A DNA stretch of 63,403 nucleotides, counting the filler, from Phoronis australis (lineage: Eukaryota > Animalia > Phoronida), in the NCBI GenBank assembly GCA_002633005.1. It is 3 parts of 3 records of this genome, joined end to end, with 100 filler letters (N's around TTAATTAATTAA, not from the genome) between each part and the next. Parts side by side here need not be neighbours in the genome. Positions count along the whole stretch, not along the records: positions 31,065 to 60,930 come from NMRA01000278.1; 2 more parts are not named here. The stretch is one strand, 5' to 3'. The position numbers and the translations under genes were made by a program. Each line of letters starts with the position of its first letter. Within the stretch, counting starts at the first letter, position 1. Shown here one piece after another: positions 35,801-47,800 of this stretch. The notes under the pieces were generated by a model. That model saw nothing but the letters and a program-made list of their open reading frames with translations, had not been told where the DNA came from and ran no database searches.

Positions 35801-38800
35801 AGCTATTACAAGCTCTAAAACGACTTTGTGTAATTTCATTGAGATCGTTCTTTGTCATCCGTCAAACCGGAAACTTCCGAGATGTGACTCTGCGAGCGCA
35901 CTCACCTTGCACGTTACAGCCGTTTAAGTGAAAAACAATCTAGTAAACGCCATTTTCTTGCATAATCCTCCGCCTTTTGTAACAAAAAAGTCTATCGTCG
36001 ATGACCCGCACACGCACGCTCACTCACTCTCATACGCAGACGACCTTCAAAACAAACGTCACGTGACAACAACATGTGTGTTCATCCAGAGATTTTTCTC
36101 GTGTTGTGGAGTACGATGTAGCGCACATTTGGACTTAATCGCAATTAATCTGGACTCCACAGGAACTTTAAAAATTGTAAAACATCAGGAAGATTTCAGG
36201 TAATTTGTTGAGTCGAAACTATATTTTTATTCAAGAGTACAAGTTTTCCTATTGACGATCGCGATTCAGCGACGCATCAGTCGGCAAGTTTTCGCCCTGT
36301 GATGAGCACAATTTTTTGAAAAATTATCGTAATTTAACAACGGAAGTTGATAGCAATGCACCACAATTTTGTAGAAAGGCTGTCATAGGCTACAAATACG
36401 TCACAGAGCGTAAATTTGATGAATCCTAGCTTCCGATTTTACCCGTTTGGGAAACCGGGTTTCAACTGCCGTAGGCTCACTACAATAAGCGTCCCCTCCC
36501 CGTGAAATGAATTTTTCTAAGCGTTTGTTTGAGCCAATACAGTATACAGCTTTCCACCAAGGCTAGGTGATGCAAGACATTATTACTTGTTCTTTGTTGC
36601 ATTATAGTAACTGGTCTTGGCTAATTATCATTTTATGGCCTGGTCATCCATTCAGCCCAAAGTAGTTCCAGAGGTGGCTTATCAGCCAATTATTCACGCA
36701 TGCTGACTCACAATAGAAGCCTGATAAGAGCGAAGGTGGATAAATGCGGTGTTCCTACAGTTTCTTGTTTTAGTGGATGTGTTCACGACATGATGGACCA
36801 AAGAGCATTTTGGGACATTTACAAATTAAAATCTCGTTTTAGTTGAGAAAGTGTCAACAGTGATGTTATAAATCAATACATACTAAATATTAGTCTTCTT
36901 ACCTGGCACCTGGATTGTCAGTGTCGGAGATGGTTACAAGAGTTGGCGGGGTCAAGTCAATTATGTAACCATTGGAGACAGCACTGGTGGTTGCTGTGGC
37001 ACCATTTTCAGCTGTCACCTTAATTGCAACCCGATCAGAATGCTTCAGGGCAAAATGGTGTTCATCGAACAGTCGATCTGTGTTTGGCCGGCCTGGGAAG
37101 GACTCGAGTAGAGCGCTGTTCACCAACACATCAACATCATACTTTGTGATGTTCGACTCTGGATCACTGAAACCTGCAATATGAACAGGATGACACATAG
37201 TAAAACATATTATTTACTTCACATACAGATTGTGTACTGGCCTAATTATGTAATTGTGACCACACAGAGATTAATCAAACCATTCTACATTACCCTCCCA
37301 CTGGGCTTTGATAGTTGTGATATCTCTACTATATGCCATGTCAGCCAGTCCACCTCTGCCATCTGTCACTCTTCCTTGGACAGGTGGGGTTAGGTCAACT
37401 CTCACTGAAATGGTAATTTACATTAATTTTTTATAAATGTAAGAATACATGATTTTTAAGCAGTTTAATGCAATATTGACAGAGATCAACTTAACACGAA
37501 ACATAAAACTTCAAGAAACATATTTCATACACAGACATTTCAATGTAATCCAAGTGTTGCACAAGTCAATCAAAATTCATAACTTCATTACACTGCCAAG
37601 GCTATGGGCGCCGCATATTACCATGATTCCGGCTTTTACGAATACCCTGTGGTAGCTTACGTTCACTTACCACCATCAGAGCTTCCATTTACATATTTGG
37701 GAACGAGACCTCTGTTGGAGGCCGTTACCATAGTGTAGTACACAGCATTGTGGGTGAGACTGAGTCCCGTCTTACAGTAGGTCTTCTGTCGGTAACTAAG
37801 CATGACATCAGTATTATTCGTGAGATCGTAACCACCAGCAGTAGAACCCATGCGCACAAAATACCTGAAATAGTGAGCTGTATACATGACAGACCAAACC
37901 TCAGAGTGTGCGCTGTATAAAATACCTGAAATAGTGAACTGTATACATGACAGACCAAACCTCAGAGTGTGCGCTGTACAAAATACCTGAAATAGTGAAC
38001 TGTATACATGACAGACCAAACCTAAGAGTGTGCGCTGTACAAAATACCTGAAATAGTGAGCTGTATATATGACAGACCAAACTTCATTAACAGAGCACTT
38101 CTGACACGTCTGCATTGTGCAATTCAGTTATTCTTAAAATTTAGGAAAGTTTAGATTAGCTGTACATAGAGAATTACATGCGACTCATTATTTGAGTAAA
38201 GCATAAAATACTGATCCAATTTCATCAATTGACAGTGTCTGANCATGACAGACCAAACCTAAGAGTGTGCGCTGTACAAAATACCTGAAATAGTGAGCTG
38301 TATATATGACAGACCAAACCTCAGAGTGTGCGCTGTACAAAATACCTGAAATAGTGAGCTGTATATATGACAGACCAAACTTCATTAACAGAGCACTTCT
38401 GACACGTCTGCATTGTGCAATTCAGTTATTCTTAAAATTTAGGAAAGTTTAGATTAGCTGTACATAGAGAATTACATGCGACTCATTATTTGAGTAAAGC
38501 ACAAAATACTGATCCAATTTCATCAATTGACAGTGTCTGAAGAACACCTCACATAAGTTTGAAAACTTACACCCAAGACACTCCATACGAACACAACTGT
38601 TAGATCTAATTAACATCCCACAAGAGGTTCAGGAGATACATATTCAACAGATGGCAGAAGCCTGGAGAACGCCAATATGCATCCACGTAAATTATGTATG
38701 TGGGAGAAAAAAAAACGCATGCAATTCGGGTTTCTCAACTCAGTCCTTCATGTTAATAAGAATTGGGTTGAGTGAAAATTGATTTCATGCCATTATAATG

Positions 38801-41800
38801 CTAAAGAGTAGTGGATATAAACTCACTTCATTATCCCAGAGTGAGGATCAAAGAAATACTGCCAGTGAGCACATAGCTGTGTATTGTCACTAGTGAACTG
38901 TAGATCATGCTTGTAGTTTAATCCATCGTAAACGATTCCAGCAATGGGTGGCGACTTGTCGACTAGCAGAGGGCTTTCACCGTGCCCAGCCACAAACAGT
39001 TCAACTACAATGTAAATACTATTTGAAGAGCCATGTCAAACATATAAAGATGTAGAAATCAAATTTGGACAAAAATTGTCCAAAAATCTGGATGACAAAC
39101 AGAACAAGAGCAACGTGGAGAGTTGAAATGCGCCCACAAATGCATGGCAAATGGTTTGCTTCTAGGAGTGTTTATTTGGAATATAAGTATGACCACTAGA
39201 TGGTGCAAAATACATCGAATCCATCCGAAAGCTGGTATGTGTCATCAAAGCTATTTGTCAAATTTCATAAAATCTGTCGAGGAACTTCTGAGAAGCCAAG
39301 GAAAACGAAAAAGGAAATTGACACTAGAAGGCTATAGGTAAAAAAAATAACTGCCACCAAGAGGCACCACAGTAAGTGAAGTTGTCGGAAAATCGTTGTC
39401 AGACTTCCTCTTCCCATTAGAAACATGCATGCCAATTTCAACAACCATCCTTTGGTTGATAGAGGGGCCGACAATAAATAACAAGACTTGGAAACAATAA
39501 AAATGGCCACTACGTGGTGCAAAATATCACTAATCAAATTGAAAACCGGAGAATGCCCTCAACTCGATAATAGTTGCCTATCTGCCAAATTTCATGAAAA
39601 TCTGTGGAGGACAATGAAGATTATAAACTGAGGTTGTCAAGTTCATATAAATACACTTGTTAAATTTAATAAAGATCCTGCTGAGGGTCTAGGTGATACA
39701 TCCATGAGCCACTAGGAGGCGCCACAGTTGTTGAAGTCATCAGAAAATCATCGTCAACCATACATGCCAATTTCCATAATCATCCTTAGAGTGGTTTGGT
39801 TGACAGAAGGGCAGATGCCAAAAACAGACTGGAAAACAATAAAAATAGCCACTAGGTGGTGCAAAATGCCTCGAATTCAACCAAAAACCACAGGATAGCA
39901 TCACCTAAGTAACAGACACCTATCTGCAAAATTTTATGAAAATCCATTGACGACCTTTGAAGATACAGACTGAGGTAAACATAAAGAACTAAAACTGCAA
40001 CTAGGGGGCGCACCAGTAGTACGATCTGTCCGAAAGTCATCAACCTCTGTTGTCAACTACATAAATACACCAGTGGAATTCAATAAAGATCCTGAAGTGT
40101 TTAGGAGATAAAGCCATGGGCACAAAAACAAACAAAAGTGCCACTAGGAAGCGCCACAGTAGTCAAAGTCGTCAGAAAATCATCGTCAGCCGCCCTGTTC
40201 ACGGTAAGAACATTATATGCCAATTTTCAAAATCATCCTTGGAGCGGTTTGGTTGATAGAAGGGTGGAGGCCAAAAAACACACTCGAAAACAGTAAAAAT
40301 GGCCACTAGGTGGCACAAAATTCCTCGAATCCATCCAAAAGGATGCCATCATCTCACTAATAGATGCCTAACTGCCAAATTTTATAAGTATCTGTTGAGG
40401 ACTTCCGAACTGTAAAAAACTAAAATTGCCATTAGGGGGCACGCCAGAGGTCGGAGATCCGAAAATCACTGTCATCCATTGTCAGCTTCATAAGGAACAT
40501 ATTTGCCATATCTCATCAAGGTCCTGTGAGGGATTTAAGAGATTCAGCTGCAGATGCTGGACGCCCAGACAGAGATGACAGCAATATGCAACCACATATA
40601 AATATGTGGGCGCGTTAAAAAAACACGGCAGTTAGCAAAACCTAAAGGCAGGTCCTCTTGGAAAGCAGTCTAAACAAGTTACCCTCATTTTCAACATGAA
40701 AAAGAACAAAATTAATGCGTTTCAAGTAAAGAAAACAGTACATGGACGTAAATTAATTGCACCATTTTCAACACGAAAAAGAACAAAATTAATGCATTTG
40801 AAGTAAAGAAAACAGTACATGGACGTAAATTAATAGCACCAAACTGTTGTCATTATTTGAAATATTTCTTTAAAATGTTGCACTTTTTCTATAAACAACA
40901 AAACTGCCCTTAATAGACAAGTTTGCAGCAGAGTTCACTGCACAGACATGACAACATGACAAAGCTCAATACCATTGTTGAGTATTTGTAAGCGGATCCA
41001 TGCTGGTTCACCCTCAGGCATCACAATCTCATCCATAGTCAGCTGTAGGAACATCAACACATCAGGGTTGTCTGTGCTGACATCTTCGTATGGTCTCAAC
41101 TTCACATCGTACTTTGAACGTCCTAAGCCAAACTCAACCAGACTGAGACCTGTTAAAGACGTAAGTCATAATTTCTTGAAGACATAAAAATTCAGTCTGA
41201 CACAACTTATGATTTGCATTCTTTAAACACGCCTTAGGTATGTGAACAATATCAGCAACTCCCACAGGGGATTGTCCGCAGTCACAGCAACCCCAGGTGA
41301 TTTGTTGGAAATGGACATATTGGTACAGAGACAAGTACGACTTTTGACGCCAAAAACTATTTTGTCCAACACATACTTACTTAGATCATTTTGCACTCAA
41401 TAGAGAAGTTCTCACGTTGTCCGTATGACAAAGTGCCCACATTTAACACTCAATAGAGAAGTTCTCACGTTGTCCGTATGACAAAGTGCCCACATTTAAC
41501 ACTCAATAGAGAAGTTCTCACGTTGTCCGTATGACAAAGTGCCCACATTTAACATTACTGAATTCAAACTGTAGTATCTTTGTGGCATGATAATTTTATA
41601 AACAAAAAAATAAAGGAAGTAATGCAAAGCAATGCACAGATGCTAAACAGGATCAAGACATGAGGTGCTCCCCTGCACAGACAGCTCATTTCTAAAGGCA
41701 TTTAATAGATGATTAACAAACCTAAGTATAACTGGGCCATTATTTGCACAAACCTAGTCAAACTACTGCCCAGAAATACTGTAAAAGTTGTTGTGACCTT

Positions 41801-44800
41801 ATGACCTATTTATGTCTGTTCCTGGCACAAACACTTAAAGGTGAAGGCAACCTTTTTCATGTCACTTTTAGCAAAAATAAGGTTCGTTGATTATCCCAGA
41901 CACCGTTTTCACTTATTTACTGCTTTTCGTAATTTAATAAGTACTCCTGGTCTACTCCGGAAGTGACGTTTTGGGAGGCAAGAATTTCACGCCAATTTCT
42001 TTTCATATAGTCTGACTGTGAGAGCAGTCGAGTCAGTCATTGTTCTACCTCGGTTGTGATAAGTTCGGTCATCGTTTCCTTTTGCTTACGAGTCAGTCAA
42101 CATGCCACGCTGTTGCTGCGTACTGGGGTGTACTCATTATCGTCTCACGTACCGAGGAAGAACTATCCCACTTGCCCGAGTGTCCCGTGACACTCTCCCA
42201 CTGGAGGGTGATCTGAGCACCCAAACTGCTTACATCCCGCTGTGTGAGTCCCTCGCCACACACCTGGCACCTTCTAAATAGCTCCTATTCAAGTCCACAA
42301 TAAACTTATCAAACTTAGGCTCACTGATCTGTTCATTGGCAGATGACGAACTGTCCTCTTCACTGGATGTCGAACTGGGCCTGTATTCACTCCCACTACT
42401 CAACATCGCTGCAGGGCTGCTTACAGGCTCTGGGCTAGAGACAACAGCACAGGGGGAATCACCGCTAGTTCCCGTAATTGCACGCAATGTGGTACGTTCG
42501 GAGGCACGGGTGACAGTAGATGAAGTGCCTCCAGTCACTGTATATAGTGGCCACAGCTCGCGAGGCTTCTCGCTTCAAAAACGCACTTCTCGGGGTGGGC
42601 GACGGGGCACTGCCGGGAATCAACAGCGATGGTATGTTACCCTTCTTCAAGCCTTCTTTCGCAGGGACCTTCATCAATTCAGCGTACATATCTGTGTCGT
42701 AATCTGACGGCAGAAAATGCTTGCCACACACTCGGTAACCCTCCACTAATTTGTATGTTGCGTGGACGGGTAGCGCTGCATTCTTCACATGAACGAGCTA
42801 CAGCCAAGTACGGCAAAGTGCGTCATCCTTCGGAAAGCGACACAAGGTACCCAAAGCGCGTGTGAGACGATAATGAGTACATCCCAGCACGCAGCAAAAG
42901 CGTGGCATGTTGACTGACTTGTAAACAAAAGCAAACGACTACCGAACTTATCACAACTGAGGTAGAACAATGACCGACTCGACAGTTCTCACAGTCAGAC
43001 TATAATGAAAAGAAATTGGCGCGAAATTCTTGCCTCCCAAAACGTCACTTTCGAAGTAGAGGACGAGAAATTAATCAAATTAAGAAAAGCTTTAAGTGAA
43101 AAATGTGTCTGGGATAACCAAAGAACCTTATTTTTGCTAAAGTGACATGCAAAAAGGTTGCCTTCGCCTTTAAACACTGTAGATTGCGCTACTCATTTCT
43201 AAAAATAGTGGATAATTTTGAGTTACAGCTTTGAAACCATGAATAGCACAACATGGCACTACTCACCAGAGAGGCTATCAGAGGCATTGAAGTCGACAAT
43301 TAACATATTCAAATCTTCACTGTAGATGAAACCTTCAACAGCGTGGAAGATGGGCGGGGTTATGTCGATGATCAAAGGTCGGCTGTGACAGACACTCGTC
43401 ACCAGAGAACCTCCGAAGATGACATTGTTGAGGCCCTATAAGGGACAACATAGAAGCACCAAGGAGCATTTTTAGCTGAACATTACTTAATGTTAATGCT
43501 TGGGCATGAAGTGTTACAACACACCACAAAATTCCAATTACCAGTCATTACCAGTCATTACCAGTCATTACCAGTCATTACCAGTCATTACAGGTAATGA
43601 CACGTCATTCCAGCTATATACAGATGGTGAATTAAGCTCAATTACAGTCCTTCTGACAGGAAATTACAAGTCATTTTGTCTGAATATTTTTGGCATGTAC
43701 TGGTTCTTTTAAGGCTATATGTAGGACCTTATCGACAAATCTGCCTTAAGTCAGATAACCTTGAACTCAATCAGCAAAACTGTATCAGTAGAATTTGATT
43801 CCTGACTTTTCACTTTTACCAAATGAATCAGTCTGCAATTAATTGCGACAAACGATTACCTTATTCGCCGTAATAACCGCCCATTATAAACGCCCCCCAC
43901 ACGTTTTCAGAATTTGCTAAAATAAGCGCCAAGTCCATGAACGTGTACGTGCGAAAATTGCCTTACCTACAGGCCTAAAATTCTACAGTAACGTCTTCAA
44001 TTTATCAATAATATCCGACAGTCCTGAAAAAATCATTGTGCGCAGAATTTGTAGACCACGAGACTTGCCGCTATGTCGTTATTTAGCCGTGACTATACAC
44101 TTCAAATTTCCGCCATGCCAAGTCAAAACGAACACAAAAGTTCTGCTGACCTTGCCAGGACCAATGGTGTGGACTTTCAGAACAGAAGTAGTGTACTTGT
44201 CTATGGGTGAATTGTTTTGTATATATTTCCCGCTTTCAACAGGAATCCAAATTTTTTGTACACGTGAAAACCGCGAATCGAAGACTAATAAAAAGCTTGG
44301 TCAGTGTTAAAAGCACGTGGCCAGGAAGCGCGCGCTACATACATGAACCTGTCATCAAAGACATTAGTCGGGAACTATCCATTCATGAAACGGGTAGCAT
44401 ATCGGTAAGAAGTGAGGCACTAACTTCCAACAGTTTCTAATAACTATAAAAAATGTTTTCGTTATTTTTAAGGTGAATTGTTTGATTAACCATAATTGGT
44501 GTTTTTAAGCCAAATATCTGATAAAATGACCACTGACAGTGAATGCTTACACACCCTTACACCAAAAATAACTGTCAGATAATCACGTACGCATCCAGCC
44601 ACACGGCGACTAATATGGGCCTTACCGAGACAAACGTCGAATTTTTTTTAGCACGAGACCGGCAAGTGCTGAATGAAACACGCTCTGGTTTAGGCCTACT
44701 GCTTGTGCAAATTTCTTTAGATACAATGCACATCTAGCTCATTAGATTGCGTGGCTCTGGCCAAAACACGGTCTCTGCTCTGGCAATATGAAGGTGAACC

Positions 44801-47800
44801 GCACGCGCTCGTTTACCCACAAACGCAGACGAACTTCAAAACAAACGTCACGTGACAACAACATGTGTGTTCGTCCAGACATTTTTCTCGCCGTGTTGCC
44901 GATCATACACGTAGATGGCACGATGTAGCACAGATTTGCCGTGATCCCGACTCCACAAGAACTTAAAAATCTGAGGGACACTACTTGGAAAACTTAAGGA
45001 GGATTTCAGGTCATTTGCTTGAAACGAAACTGTATTTTTATTCAAGCATTCAAGTTGCCATGTCGACGATTGCGAGGCAGTCAGTCGGCGAGTTTTCGCC
45101 CTGGGGTTTCAGCACAATTTTCTGTAAAATGACTGTAATTTAGCAGCAAAGTTTGATAGCAATGCACCACAGTTTTGTAGAAAGTCTTCCATAGATTACA
45201 GATACGTCACGGAGCGTAAATATGATGAATCTTAGATTCCAATTTCACCCGTTTCGGAGACCGGGTTTCAACGGCCTTGGGTTATAATAAGCGCCCCCCT
45301 GAAACAAACTTTTCTAAGCACCCTGGGCATTTATTACGGCGAATACAGTATGTCTTTTAAGTAACATTTAGCAAATAGGAAGATGCAAACAAACCAAAGG
45401 TTGTAATTTGTTTCCATGTATAAAGCATAAAGAAAAATGTCGACTTAATTTAAATTTTAACCATCTTATCCACCAAACTCGGCTCAAGCAACATGCAAGC
45501 AGTCCACCCACCCTAGTGCTGTGCACAAATCAAACAGCCTCGGCATAAAGCTGTAGGAATACAAATACATAACACGACAAATATTGTACAAATGATAGCA
45601 TCTCACTTGCACAGTGAAGTAGTAGTGGCCCTCCACCAGGGGGCGGCTCTTGAATGTAGCCAGTCCCGTGTGAGTCCAATGTTCCCTAGAGGCAAGGTGG
45701 GCATGAGGGTCTTCAAAGTCGGCAGTGTCATTGCCACAAACTTTCCGTCCAGCTTTCCAAGTGTATCCAAACATGCCACTATCTTTGTCCTCAAACTCAT
45801 CCCAGTTGGCTGAAATGAATCAGCAGATGTTGTGTCGTCGCTTTGCCAAATTGACATTTCACAAATTTTCAACCCTATGCTCATCACTACCTTAACTAAG
45901 AGCAAGTCTGGGACATTGACGTGATCTCATAGAGCATATAATATGCAAAAGGGCAACAATCAGATAACTTGAAAAAGACTCTAGGGGAAGTAAAGCTAGT
46001 AGTCTACACTATCCTCAACAATACAAAGAACAGATAGAAAACTAATAAAATGGCGATAGGGGATGCAAGGAAGACCAAACTGGTCTGAAACGAAACGGGG
46101 CCATCTGTGTGATAGCAAGTATTTTCCAAATTTCATCGAGGAATTTGGAAGATGACAAAGCAAATACTGGCAAATAAAAAGAAAACCAAAACTGCCACTA
46201 GAGGACTCAATCGACAGATGTCAATTTGTCTAGTTGTTTATTCTCCTCAAAAGAAACATGTAGATTGATCAAGGGATTTGACAGCTAAACAACAGACACA
46301 GAATTGCCACTAGAGGGCGCTACAGCACTTAGGCTAGACACGAAAAACAAAAGTTACCACTAGAGGGTGTTCCGACAGTAGTAAGGGCCATTTGAAAATT
46401 AATGTGAACCTTCCTCTTTCCAGTAGAAAAATGTACACCAATCTTCATAATCACTCTACAAGCAATTTGAAAGGCGTAGGCCAAACTTGAGAACAGTAAA
46501 ATCGTCACTAGGTAGCGCAGAATACATTAAATCCAAAATGTGTTGTCGTCCCCACTATACATAGTTATCTAACAGTGAGATTTCTTGTCGATGAATACCT
46601 GACAAAACTTGGAAGATATTGAAGTTAACATATTAATGACTTAAGATTGTAGTGCGGGAGCGTAGTGGTTAGTACAGTCCTGGACCACTGGAAAATTCGC
46701 TCAAGCCATCCTGTCTATGATAGGACAACATCTGCAAAATTTCACAAATATCCGAAGGGTAAGGAGATACTACAGTGGATGCCCGGCGGATTGACACGGA
46801 TAACGGCATAATGCGCCCATAGTTTTAGAAATAGCAAGACTACATCAGGGATATTTAACCAGGTTTTAACCTGTGCCTTTTGGGTGCACCTTACAATAAA
46901 AAGTGTGCCTTTTTGTCAAAAAGTTGTGCTCTGCAGAAACCTCCAGGAAAATTAAAATTTGAACAGAGTCGTGCTTATATCTAACAGGCATATCCCTGAC
47001 CAGGTTTGACACAGAGACCTTTTGGCGCTTTTGATGATATAAAGTGTGCCTTTTTATCTTATATGCGCTAATGGTGGAAAGGCGCGGTCCAAGAATGTTC
47101 CTGTTATATGTAGGAAACAACAAATGAAATATGGATCGAATTAAATAGTATCAAAAAAAACATGACTGGATAAACTAAAGAAAAATCAGCATATTACCAT
47201 TGAGATAACTTGTAGTTCAGTATTGAAGACACATTACCATTGAGATAAATTGTAGTTCAGTATTGAAGACACATTACCATTGAGATAACTTGTAGTTAAG
47301 TATTGAAGACAGATTACCATTGAGATAACTTGTAGTTCAGTATTGAATACACATTACCATTGAGATAACTTGTAGTTCAGTATTGAAGACACATTACCAT
47401 TGAGATAACTTGTAGTTCAGTATTGAAAACACATTACCATTGAGATAACTTGTAGTTAAGTATTGAAGACAGATTACCATTGAGATAACTTGTAGCCAGT
47501 TGATACAGCTTCTCTTCTAGTGGTTTTTGACCATTGAAAACGGCTTTGTCTTGCGGCCCGTCAACAATGTATCTGTGATTGGGCTTATCCGTGACCTCAT
47601 GACATCGCTGAGTGATGGCTGCCTCGCAAAAATGAGCCAATACCTCATCAGACTTTGGACTAACAATATTGGCAGGGTCAGGTGGGGTGAAGTCTATCAT
47701 TGTGCACAAACCGGGTCCGGGGTTGATAACATTCTGAAATGCATAGAAGTTACATTAAGACAGAGGACAATACTAAAAGCAGTCATAAATTTACCTGCTT

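Noticed and set aside
47193-47495. CRISPR-like regular repeats (also 33470-33658, 37857-38081, 41393-41554, 54248-54532)
   Set aside because: Head-to-tail units without unique spacers, eukaryotic intron context, no cas genes
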